A stretch of DNA of 64,000 nucleotides from Euglena gracilis. Taxonomy: Eukaryota. A program made the position numbers and the translations under genes. The DNA lies in the NCBI GenBank assembly GCA_039621445.1, contig CP154954.1, positions 29,950,395-30,014,394 on the forward strand. Direction: 5' to 3'. This document shows, one piece after another, positions 50,178 to 62,201 of this stretch (within the stretch, counting starts at the first letter, position 1; the number at the start of each line of letters is the position of its first letter). Below the pieces are notes generated by a model. The model did no database searches. It worked only from the letters and a program-made list of their open reading frames with translations, and had not been told where the DNA came from.

Positions 50178-52343
50178 TCACGTGGACAAGAGCATCCGGT
50201 CTGTGGCTCTTTCGGCCAGGCGCAGTTGACGGGCCACTGCCCGGGCGAGTGTGATTGATAGGTTCTCGGTCAGTTCCTGGAGCCGGCGTTGTTTGGCAGT
50301 GCCGGCGTAAGCGTTCGTAGCCATGTGGAGAATGTCACGGAGGAGCTTGGCAGCGGCAGGGCCAGGGCAGCCCCACGGGTTGAAAGCCACACCGGAGTAG
50401 TCCCACTGATGCCGCGAACATCTATCCTCTGCTTGGTTCCTTTTATGCAGCTCAGCGTCGGGCAAAGTGCGTGAGACACGGGTGAGATTCAAAGGCCATC
50501 GGGATGGGGCCAAAGGGTGTTCGATGGTAACGTCTACGGCAAGGTGCCGTCCTTTGTTCCAACCGAGCAGTAGGAGGTCCGCATCGCGAGTGCCGGTTTC
50601 GCAGCTCTGCTCCTTGCGAACCGAAATGCCTGCTCGCTGGCAAAGATCGACGAGGGCGTCACGGAGGCAGTTATGCCTTTCGGTGAGGCCGTTCTTGCGG
50701 CAAGTGAGGAGGTGATCACCAAAAGGATCGACAGAATCGGAGCAGAGGGGGCATTGGAGCAGATCACATGTGGCGATGAGGGGTAACCCAATCCAGAACC
50801 TCATCAACAAGCGATATTCATCAGGCGCCAGGACCGTATTCACCGCCCTGGATGGCAACACTGTCATCCAATGTTGGAGTGATGAAGGGGGTTGGCAGCG
50901 GAGCCTGGCAATGTCGCGCACCGGTGCACCATCCTCCAGTTTAGCAAAGCGGACGGCATGCATGCGCTCGGCCCACCATGCTTGGGAAGCATGATCAGGG
51001 GTTGAGAGGGCCAGAGATGCAGGATTAGCCACCCACGTTGATATTGGTTCGCTCCGGGAGCCGAGAGTGTCACCGACCGACAACGCCACCGGGAGGGTGT
51101 CAGGCGGGGGCTGACAGAGCCAGGGGGCAGGGATGTTGAACCCTGGCGCTCTCTGCGAGAAACCCACACATGCAGCCAGCCGCGCAGCTGGTCTCTCCAA
51201 CACAGGATCAGAAATGCCCCAACCACTTTTGGTGAACGGGAGTGAAATCTGGTTCCAGTGCAGGGGTGAAAGTGGAGCCCCGACAAAATTGCACACAGCT
51301 TGGCGGATGAGGTCGGTGATGCCTTGGAGTAACGATGTCCCGGATGAGAAAATGCTCTGGCGGAGGAGATGTGTCACCCGGCATCCGTCCAGGCAGTTCC
51401 GAAGAAGACAGTGTTGCAGCTGAGGGTCGGGTAACTTTTCAAGACAGGCAACAGCAGCTGCAAACTTACTGGCGGTGTGCTCCCATGTCTTATCGGAGAA
51501 GGAGGTGTCACCGGGGTAGTCACACGGGACACCCAAACAAAGGATACCAGAGCCTGATCCCCATGGGGTGATGGGAATGAGATGGCCAACATGGTCCGTG
51601 CTCAGCAGTCGGAGGGCGGGTGGCATTGGTGTTGAAGTTGGAAGGCCAGGGCCCCACAGGACACATTTGGAGGGGTTCAGGCGCAGGCCGATGTGTTGGA
51701 GAGCGGAGGACAGGGAGGCGGAAAACGCAAGGACCTCCGAGGCCGGCCCAATAATTGTGCCGTCATCAAGGTACCATGCTTGCCATGAGGAGGTGCCGAG
51801 CTCCGTGGAGGCGGAAAGGAGGGCCTTGTGAAGGCCAAGGGCGAATGCAATGGGGCCGCATGTATCCCCCTGATGTACTCCGGAACGGCTGTGACAAATG
51901 ACTTCCCCCTGACATATCAGCGGGACATCAACGCCGTAAGAGAAGCGCAGCCAGTTGTATAGTGAGGGGCAAACTTCCAATGCTGACGAGAGGAAGGCAG
52001 AGCGGTCAATGCAGTTGAAAGCATTGGAAACGTCAACTTGAAGGATCACCCAGTCTCCGTCCGGCGGCAATGACGACAGAGCGGCTTGAACGGCGAGGCC
52101 AATCGTTTCAGCCCCAAATTTGACCCCAACCCCAAGTTGCAACGGGAAAAGGGAGGCAATTTCGGACTTGCTCTGGGGGTGACGGAGAAGCATCTTCCCG
52201 ATCAGCCGACGCAGACAGTCGCCAACAGCAATGGGCCGAAGACCACCGTCTTTTTTGGTTAAGGGGATGAGGTTGGACGTTCCGAAGACTAGGGCGGCTT
52301 GTTCCGTATGGCTGGGAAGGGTGAAAGTAGGATCAGCATCCAA
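50178..52343 (-). mobile_element. CRE-clade non-LTR retrotransposon: RT plus C-terminal zinc knuckle and restriction-like endonuclease, 5'-truncated
   Basis: 721-aa ORF with LIPLTKKDGGLRPIAVG, QLGVG, DVSNAFN, GVHQGD, WYLDDG, CPLC..DHLLTC, RHN, RDADL..AVDVT. Confidence 0.92.
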
Positions 52344-52859
52344 TCGCGTGTCTTTTATTGTCTTTTATTCGTGCTGTTTTTTTCGGGTGAAAAAGACGGA
52401 AAAAGACGTTTTAGACGGCGTCGAATTGTCGAAATGGTCTTTTATTCGAAAAAAAGACTTTGGCGCCACACTGGTAGCTAGTCGGCGGGGGGGGTAGTGG
52501 GTAGTCGGCCGACTAGTCGGCCGACTACCCACTCTAATGTACTAACGGGTCAAAACCGCCGACTTTTAAGCCCCCCCCTGGGAAAATTTTTTGTCTAAAT
52601 CACCTCAACGCCGGTCAAAACCCACCCAAATGGCTCCAGAACCCCCCAATCGGGGGTGAATATGCAAAAAAAATTGGGGGAAAATGTCCATTTTGGGCCA
52701 CTTTTGACAAAAGTACAATTTTCCCCATTGAATTTTCAATATAAGTCAAAATTTGCACAAAAAAAGGGTCTTATCCCTCCAAGTCTATTGCCAACATAGA
52801 AGGGATTTTGTTATTTGAGGGGGGGGGTGCGGGGGGGGGGGGCGGAGCCCCCCCCCGCC

Positions 52860-53925
52860 TATGCCGGAATTATAGGCAGCCCAAGGTGCCATTTCAGCAT
52901 CATCCGGAATGCCGCGCCGTCGATCACCATTCCTGCGGCCTTGCACGGCCGGGCGCCGATCCAACTTGAGCTGATTGGGGAAGACTGGTGATCAAAGCGG
53001 ACACGCCCGGTTATTGAGGGACGCGAGGAAGGCGGTCTTGGATGCGAGGCGGAGCTGATCCACCAGGCTTGGTCGTGATGACTCGTGTCACCGGGGTCGA
53101 GCTGCCCGGATGTGAACCATTTTTGTATTGGTTCAAAGGTGTCACCGAGTTGGGAGCGGAGACCATTCGGTAGGTCAAGCAGGCCGTCTAGGGGGGCGTG
53201 AATGATGTCTTGGAGGCCGAGGTCGCCGGGCGCATGGGTGAGCCAGGAAAGGAGCGCGCTCAGGCGGGCTGGGAGTACTGTGGATGTAGACGGACGAATG
53301 CCAGACCTCCGTGGCGTAGAGGGGAGCAAGCCCGAGCAGTCCAGAATCTGTTGGAAAGTGCTGCGGAGACAGTTATTAGCACGGGAGAGAAGGTCCCGGA
53401 AAGGGAGGCAGTTTCACAGGAGGGAGCTGAACTTGCATCAAAGCAGAAGCGCAAGAGGGCAAGTTGTACCTGTGGGTCGCGCACGGATGCAAGGATGCCT
53501 GTGGCGGCTTCGTGTTTGGCCACAGAGCTTTCCAGCTGCTGCTGTACGAAGGCAGCGGAGGCAGGGTGATGGATGGGGACACCCAGGACGGTGACCCCGG
53601 AGTCGGGGGAGAAAGGGATGAGGGCGGCTTGTCGAAGGATGGCATCTGGTGGAAGGGAGTCTAGTTGGGAGGTCCCCGTGCCCCAGATTGTGGTCTTCGC
53701 AAGGTTGAGGGAACAACTGAGCCGTGCGAGGCCAGTCTGAATGTGGTGGAGAGTGAGGTTGGCCGTGGGGACGTTTGTCAGAAAGGAACCGTCGTCAAGG
53801 TACCAAAAGGCGCAATCCCGACTCGGTGCTGACTGCAGAACGTCATGAATGGCCAGTGAGAAGTGGAGAGGGACCAAGGGGGCTCCTTATTGTCCACCCT
53901 CTGGGCTCCATAGGATGGAATCCCC
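52860..53925 (-). mobile_element. Degraded CRE-clade RT fragment
   Basis: PLHFSLAIH, AFWYLDDG, LNLAKT, VLGVPI, DPQVQLALLRFC, FRMMLKWHLGLP; contains stops and frameshifts. Confidence 0.8.
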
Positions 53926-55205
53926 CAACCAATTAATCGTTAATCGTCCGAGACACCCCGATTAATCGCGATTAATCGTTCGCCAGCCCGAAACGATTAA
54001 CTAGAGCAAGGGGGTATCCGTTCAATCAAAAAAATGCACCGTGAAACGGGAAAAATAATTTTTTCCAACCATGGGGGGGAGGAAACGACAAAGAAACCCC
54101 GAACAATGAATGGAAGGAAGTGGCCTGGGTGTGCTCAAATAAAGGGGGGTACCCCCGTTTCATGCGTTTGCCCCCCCCCGGATGCTTGTTCGCCCTCTTA
54201 CGACGCGCTCTCCGTCATATACCCCATTCCATGTATACACCCCATCGACCATTGCTTATTGCTGAATTTAGTTTACAATTTCTGTTTTTATTCCGCTCAC
54301 TACAATTGATGACTTTAATTGGATCTTTTTTGCCAATGTCTTCTTTTCATTTCTCATTGTTCACCGGCGAAGAAAAAAAAGTTTCACCGAATTTTTCGGT
54401 TGAAAAAATCCTTGGTTTTTTCTAAGGAGGGGCGTGTAAGAGGTAGTGGGTCGGTGTCCAATGCAGATTTTATGAATTATTAGGAATTTTGACCGCCCAA
54501 AGCACTGTTTTCCCAACCAGTAAAATTAGAGCCGCCGCGCGGCCTGATTACCCCCTACATAGGTCCTGAAGTGGTGAACACCCCCAGGAAGTTTTTTGCG
54601 GCTTCCGCCCTGATTTTCTGCCCCCCCCCTCAGCTAGGATCATTTCAAGTGCGGAACTGCTAGAAAAACGGTTAGGCAAAGGTTCAAATTTACATTTGTT
54701 TTATCTTTCAGGACCCCTCTTTTGATACACAATATTTTTGGGATTTGGTATTGAATCTTGACAACAAGACTTGTTCACAAGTTCTTTCAAGTTGTATTTG
54801 TGCTTCAAGTGCTTGTCCACAAGTTGTGTTCAAGAATTGTTTTGTTGGATCTCAATTGGCACTTATTGACCAAACAATCGTCATTGGTACAAACCAAGTC
54901 AATTGACCAAGAAAGTTATCTTTCACCGCAACACTCACATCAAGACAGCAAAGGTATCCAAGCTTGTGTTGTGGTTTGTCTTGGGTTGGGAAGCAAAGAA
55001 ATTAAAGGCTAGGAAAAGGGGGCAAATTCCATTTTCAGTTAAAGTTGATCCTACGCCCGGGGCCTGAGCCCTCCCCAGAAAACCAGGTTTTTCTGCGGGA
55101 ATAAAAATTTTCTGTGGGAAAACCCCCCTCAATTTGTGACGCCGACGGCATTACTGGAGGTCAGGTAGTGCCGGTGGACGAGGGCCCCGGTTAGACAGCC
55201 TCATA

Positions 55206-58020
55206 GTGACAATCAGCCTTCACCCCAGACACGGCCCGCCCCGACCTCGCCCCCGACCTGCCTCCGAAACAGACCCGGCTCCTCTCACCTCAGACTCACC
55301 CCGACCCCAGAGCACTCTGTTTGGGCCCCCTCAAGACCTCCCGCCAGGGCTTTTGGGAGGCCTCCCTTTCGGCCACGTAGCCAGCCCGGCAGCTTTGGCC
55401 GCAGCCGAAAGGCTCTTACTGGCACAATTACCAATCTCTCTCCCTAGCAGCGCCTCGTCGTCCAATGACATCCTAAGCCCGGCTGCCGTCGCCGCGGCCG
55501 TGGCACGAAACCCGGCTGCCTTTGCCTCCCCTTTCCTCTCCAACCTCCCTCAGCTCCCCCCCGGCCCACACCCTGCAACTGTGGCCACCTCCGTCGCCCT
55601 CCTTGGCTGCCCGGTTCCGGGGCCCCAGGTCTTCACCCCCGTTCCTTGCCCCCCCCCCCCGAGCTCAGACCCCGCCAAACGATATGTTTGCGCCTTCCCC
55701 GTCTGTCTTTGACCCCACGACAGCAGGAATTCACTCATACTCCACCTCAACTGTGTTCACCACGCGCACCTTAGTCTGCTGTGTGGGGACTATCTCCGTG
55801 ATCTCCAAGTTTGGTTTTGCCCGCACTGCTGCCGCTTGTCCCCTTTACGCGGCCTCTGTGGTGGTGCGCCTTGATCGAGCGGGACGAACGGGTTGCACGC
55901 CGGTCTCGTGCCCTTCGTGATGGCCCTTCTGGGCCTGAACCACGGGCCCCACACGAAATCGCCATCATTCAACCTGCCCTTCCCCGCCCCACATCAGGTT
56001 CCCTCGAGACCTCCCTCGATAGCGCACTGTCCCGGACATCTCCAGCCTCTTCCAACTCCGCTGCCCCATTATGCGGCACACTCCGCGCGGCTCCCGCACC
56101 GCCCTTGGACAGTGTCTTGCAGAACTGATATGTCATCTGCACAGCCGTCCCACATGGGAGGTGCTTTTCCGCCTTTTTGCCTTCCCTTGCTTCTTCCTAT
56201 GTGCTGACACCCGTGGGGGGGCCAATGAACGTGCACAACGCGCCCTCCGGGACCTCGTTACGGATCGCGCCCTCCGCCTACCCTCCCTCCTGGTGGCAGC
56301 CATATACAGAACTCTCCGAGTGAGCGCTCACCCATGGATCGCACCACCCGCAAACGGCCCTGCCCTTCCGACTCCGATTCCGACCCTGCTGACCTCCAGG
56401 CAGATAGCCGCAGTGCTGACTACTGCGCTCCCTTCGTTCCCAAGAGGGCGTCTTTTCTAAGGCCGCTAAACGGCTGCTTAGCAAGGGGATGCATGACCCT
56501 CAGTCCGGCCCAGTCTTCTCCGCCCTCCAGGACCTTCACCCCACAGGTGCAGGCTTCACCTGGCCAACCGACCGCCAACGTCTGGCGTCCAAGCGCAGCA
56601 ATTGCTATGCCAATGGGGGTCCCGCGTCCCCCCCACGTCCCACTTTGGAACCAAAATTTTGTTCTCGAGACAGCCAAATTTAGGAGGCTGATTCCTAATT
56701 TCAGGCAAATTTGAGGTTGGTGATTCCTAATTTGGTGTGGGTGATCTTAACTTGTGGTGGGTGATTCCTAATTGGGGGTGGGTTTGTCCTAATTTGTTGT
56801 GGTAGAATCCTAATTTGGCTAAAATTTTCTCGCAGCAAATTCCTAATTTCACCGTCCCAAAAATGGCGTCTCTCCCGCGTCCCCCCCCCCCCGCGTCCCC
56901 CCCGCGTCCCAGACACCCCCAATACCTGCCTAGAGGATCGGCTCTCCGCCCTTCGGCACGTCACACTATCGTTCCCCCGTGGGAGTGCCCCAGGCCCTTC
57001 CGGACTTCGGCCTGCCCATTTGGCTGAGCTCATTCGAGAAGGGGATTCGGGCAGCCCCTTGCGGCTGCTACACGCACTGGACGAGCTCATGCAGCATTGC
57101 GTTGGGGGGCACTGCACCCCGTAGCAGCTGAGTGGCTCTGCTCCGCCAATCTCTTCCCCCTCCGGAAGAAGGACCACGGTGTTCGGCCGGTCGCGGTGGG
57201 CGAAACGTTGCGCCGGGTAGTGGAGAAAACATTGCTCTCCCTTCAAGGTTGACGGCTTGTTTTTTTTGAAACAAAAAAAACATGTTTTTTTCCAAAAAAA
57301 TTTTTTTAAAAAAAACAAAAAAACGTCATGGAGGGTTTGGGGGAAAATTTTGTGCAATTTTTTTTGAAAAAAACTTGGCCGGTGATGCCTAATTTGACAA
57401 AGTATTCAGGTCGATTCCTAATTTTGAGGCATAAATTTTGCAAAATTTAGACCGGTGATGCCTAATTTGGTGTCAAAATACTAATTTCAGGTTGGGGGAT
57501 TCCTAATTTGGAGCCAAAAAGGATTTTCACCCCAAAATTCGTTTTCGGTGATTCCTAATTTGCCCACCGAAAATGTGGTGTTCCCCCGTGCCCCCCCCCC
57601 CCCCCCCGTGACCCCCCCGGTGACCCGAACCACACCCGAAAAATTTTCCTCAAAAAATGGCGATTTCGCAAGGAAAAAGGTCAATTTTTTGCTTTTTTCA
57701 AAAAACCATGTTTTTTTGCGTTTTTTTTAAAAAAAAACATGTTTTTTTGTTTTTTTGGAAAAAAAAAAAACGTCAACCCTGTCTCCCTTCCCGAAACAGC
57801 ACAAGCCGGAACGAACCTTCGGCCCCTTCAATCCGCCTTTGGAGGGAAGGTCGCCTGCAAAAAGATCGGCATTACCCTGCAACACCTTTGTATTGCACAA
57901 GCAAGCAGAGTCCGACTGGGTATTGCTCCAAATCGACATTCGCAACGCCTTTAACTCCATACAGCGGCAAGCCATCCTCGACGCGGTCCACCGTGCACCC
58001 CACCTGCTGCACTGGTGCCT
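55206..58020 (+). mobile_element. Degraded CRE-clade element, 5' part (Pro-rich region, Cys/His finger, RT start), interrupted by MITEs
   Basis: YVCAFPVC..LILHLNCVH finger-like motif; cgt ggg agt gcc cca ggc cct tcc gga ctt cgg cct gcc cat ttg (RGSAPGPSGLRPAHL); RPVAVGETLRRVVEK; DWVLLQIDIRNAFNSIQR. Confidence 0.75.
57244..57781. mobile_element. hAT-type MITE inserted in a CRE RT fragment
   Basis: TIR caaggttgacg/cgtcaaccctg; perfect 8-bp TSD tctccctt. Ends of the same family occur near 31470, 33971, 40226 and 63561. Confidence 0.85.
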
Positions 58021-59654
58021 TCAGATTTTTAACAACAAAAACTGCCTCAGAAATTCTAATATCGAACATAGACCATTTCTTTGTGTGCCCGCCGACGAAT
58101 TTTTGTTTCATTCTCTGTCGACATGGAAGAAGGAAGCTTATTAGGAACTGCTGTATCTGAATCAGAATCGCGCGATGTTTCACGGGCACGTTCGCTGACT
58201 CGTTGGCCACTTTTAACAACCGATCCGCGAAGCATGGGAACACATGGGAATGGACAACACACCCGAAGGTGGCGGCAACGTTCTTAGATGGTCAGATATT
58301 GTACAAAACACCTCAACGGAGACACAATGGAGCATCAGTGGCAAGATGAGGTGGGGTAGAGAGTGTACTTCCTTTCGTGAAAAAAACACTGCAGAACAGG
58401 GGACAGGCAGTGCCGATACCTAATTTACCTGTCGCGGATCTGGCGATCGGGGATTGTAAGTTTTCATGGTGTACCAGCAAGTAGTGTGATATCTGACCAC
58501 GAATTTTTGTTGATTTCAACAAATATTGTGCCTATTGTGGTTTACATCCACAATGAACGATTAATCGCCATGGGCCGAACGATTCGATTAATCGTCGATG
58601 ACGAACGATTAATCGATTAATCGATTAATCGAAACAGCCCTATTTGCTCATGAATGGACGTGAAGCTGATTTTCTCTTTTCACGTGATTTGGTTTTTTTG
58701 GCTTCGTGTTTTTCTTTATCTCAACATTTTTATTGTGGACACTTATTTTTGTTTTTCAACAAAAGGCGTCAATTTGCTCAAAATTCTTGTGTTCGGCTGG
58801 TACGTGTTTGGTGAGGAGGACCAAGAAGAAGAAATTTGCAGCCATCACACGCGAGGAGGGTTTCTGTGGATTTTTGATTTGGATTTTTGTGGATTTTTGA
58901 TTTGGATTTTTGTGGATTTTTGATTTGGATTTTTGTGGACTTTTGATGGTGGAGTTTTTTGTTTGTTAGACAGTTCCCATGGAAGGATTCCACGCCCCAC
59001 GTTACCCATCCTATACTCTTGCTCCACCTTACGAGCCAAGCGTCAAAGGTGTCATTGTGACACTTGGATTTTTGACTTTTTTCCAGATTCCCCAGTTTTA
59101 TTTCAGTGGTCCATTTAACATGACCCCCCCTATATGGCACCCCCCCCCCCCCGGAGCGTTTTGACCCCCCCTGGCGACAATTAGGGGGGGGGGTGACAAT
59201 TAGGGGGGGGTACTCAATTTAACCTACATTTCCATCGGTCCATGGGTAACCCCCCCCCCTAATTGTCGCCCCCCAAGGGGGGGGGCGACTATTAGGGGGG
59301 GGGTGACATATAGGGGGGGGGTCATGTTATCCCTTAAAAAAGGTTAACTTTTGTCATGGGGAGGTTTGAAATGGTTTGGCCAACCACGCCTACAAGTCAA
59401 AGTTGCCGAGTCAAACTCACATTCTTTCTTCCAACCAATAACATTTTTTTTGGAAGAAGAATTTTTATGAAGCGTAATGTGGATTTCCAGCCAGCAGATT
59501 TTCAGACGTGCCAATTTTTCAGCCCCCCCCCTCCCAGATTTTCTGAATTAAGACCCGAAAACACAAACGACGTGTGGTCTTAAGGAACGAAATTTGGATT
59601 TCAAATTTCAGGTTCGAGTTTTGAAAGAAAATCTCACCTGAAAGTTGTTTTTTA

Positions 59655-60356
59655 CTGTCATAGGAAAAAATAACATCCGGAAAAAAATAACATCTAAGCC
59701 GCTTTTAGATGTTATTTAGTCAGATGTTACTTTTTCTTCATTTGCTCCAGAAATAAGTCGAAAATAGATAAGATGTATAAAGTGGATAGGATGTGGGATG
59801 AAGAACGCGAACGACTGTGACAATCATTGCCAAAGGACGAAGCTGTCCATCAAGCTTGCATTCAATCCTTGCCTTTTTGAAGTAAAGAATGTACCGTTTC
59901 ATGGTTATGCTCTGGATACTCTCATACCAGATGCTATTTGTTTGTGTTGGGATCACCCAGTTATTGCAATATATGCCCGACCCCCCCTCCTGGACCGGGG
60001 GGAGTCCGACCCTCCCACCTGCCTTAAGCCCACACTGGTCAAGTGTGTGGTGTGTGGGGGGCATTTATGGCCAGTTCTCCCCCCCCCCCAGGACCCTGTC
60101 CTGTGGGGGTCCTGGGGGGGGGGAGACTGGCAATGACTCGTGGGGGGGGTGTAGGTAAATGTCTGGTGTGCGCTCCAGTTTTTTTTGGAATGCCTTGCAC
60201 TCCCTCCACCTAAACAATGGCGCAGTCCGGGTGACTGAAGCGCTGGAACTAGATAACCTTTAAGTGCCTTTTGACAAGCCTCTCTGGATGTTATTTATTC
60301 AGATGTTATTTTTTCCATATGTTATTTTTTCTGGATGTTATTTTTTCCTATGACAG
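59655..60356. mobile_element. TA-TSD MITE
   Basis: TIR ctgtcataggaaaaaa(n)taacatcc with TA on both flanks. Confidence 0.8.
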
Positions 60357-60691
60357 TATTCCCTTTCTTTGACGGCCAAGGTGGATGCTCTACCGTTTCC
60401 TTTGGTTCTTTTTTTGTTGCCGTCATCAAAGACATCTCGGATTTGATCTTTCCCCAAATTCATGCATAGGGAAAAAGTTTGGTGTGAGAGCGTGGCTCTC
60501 GGCAACTAGTTGTTGCCATGCCTTATTGCTCGTTTTATCAAGGAGGTTATTTTTCTCAATCTCCCCTCATCAGTATGTGATTTCGATGGCTTGTTTTTTG
60601 CCCCCCTTTCTTCTGTCACTCGCCATTGTATTGTGGGCGATTTCTCTTCAACAAAGGGACCTGTGATTTTGAATTTTGTTCAGGGAAGAGA

Positions 60692-62201
60692 ATTTTTTAT
60701 ACACAAATTGTGGCTGAGCCCAGATTTCAGCCTGAAAACGTGTTCAGCCAGGGGGCCCCCGAAGGGGGCCCCCTGAACACGTCTTCAGGCTGAAATCTGG
60801 GTCAGCCACAATTTGTTTAAAAACGTGTTCAGAGCCCGCCAAATGCCTGCCCTGAAATTCATGGTCATGATTCACGCAAGGGGTCAAAATCGCGAATTTG
60901 TGAAATTCGGACCCAAAAAAACGGCGCCCTCATTGAAAACGTGCCTGAACACAGATGCCTTCATTGAAAACGTGTCATTGCCACAGATGCCCTCATTGAA
61001 AACGTGCCTAACCACAGATGCCTTCATTGAAAACGTGTCATTGCCACAGATGCCCTCATTGAAAACGTGTCACCCCCCCCCTTTTTCCGCAGCCCTCCCA
61101 CTATGGCGAAACGCACGGCTAACTTTGTGAATGGTCTTTTGCCACCACCCCCTAGGACGGAGCTGTTCCTGGCTGCTCTCGCGGTATACCAGCAAGATGC
61201 CAAGAAGCCGAAGGTTGACCCCCTTCATGGCACCTTGCTGACACAAGGCAACACAAAGAAAAAGCCCGGCTCCGTTGGTGCAGAGCTTGCTGCTGTTGCC
61301 AACTGTTTGGAGTTCGCCAAACTGTGTCAACATCGGCAAGCCTCTTATCCTGAGCTGGATGCTTTCTTTGTTGCCTGGACGGGATGGGAGCTGGAACCCA
61401 GCCTGTTCTGACGAGGAGGTCTTCGCACCGCATGTTCCTGAGATAGCCCCATTTTCTAGGTCTGTAAAAAAAACCACACTGAAATTTCATGGTCACCGAA
61501 AAATTTCATGGTGACCGATGTTTCGTCTGTGTTTCCCACCGCCGAGCAACGTTCCGCTCCTGCGGTCAGCAGCTCCGTTCCCTCCCCTGACCAACCCCCT
61601 GTCCCTCGTGCTGTGTCCCGGCTGCCTATAAAGCAGCAGAAATGAGGTTTTTGTGGTGTTCCCATTCCCAAAAAGCATCCCATTCCCTGGAGCGCGAATC
61701 CCATTCCCAAAAATCCAAATTGTGTGGAGCTGAACAAAGTTGTCTGTGACGCCTGCGGTTTGGCATATCATTTTCATTGCCAAGATTTGCGGCGGCCACC
61801 AAAGTATGGCTCTTTTTTGTGTAAAGCGTGTCGTGTTCCGTGATGTCCGCCACTCCGTCTCGTTGTGCTCCAAGGCAACCTAGCCTTCTGTCGTGTTGTA
61901 GAGTGCCCCTGACCCGCCTCACTCGTTGAGGACCACCCGGCCTCGCAACTGCCCGCCGATTTTTCATGACAGCATTTTTTGCTTTTTACTCAGGGTTGCC
62001 ACAGATGACCTCATTCAAAACGTGCCTGAACACAGATGCCTTCATTCAAAACGTGTCATTGCCACAGATGCCCTCATTGAAAACGTGCCTAACCACAGAT
62101 GCCTTCATTGAAACGTGTCATTGCCACACATGCCCTCATTGAAAACGTGTTCATGACCACGAATTTCAGGGCAGGCATTTGGCGGGCTGAACACGTTTTT
62201 A
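60692..62201. mobile_element. Non-autonomous element with terminal foldback, sub-terminal inverted repeats and internal ~60-bp tandem repeats (Helentron-like)
   Basis: Foldback 60703-60816; inverted repeat gcccgccaaatgcctgccctgaaattc near 60834 and 62161; T/A-run termini; short ORF 61103-61411 (MAKRTANF...). A second, permuted copy lies at about 23718-24870. Confidence 0.6.

Noticed and set aside
58313-58522. BED-finger-like ACPLFCSVFFTKGST..HL beside a hAT-like end near 58641
   Set aside because: Too degenerate to call without a profile search.
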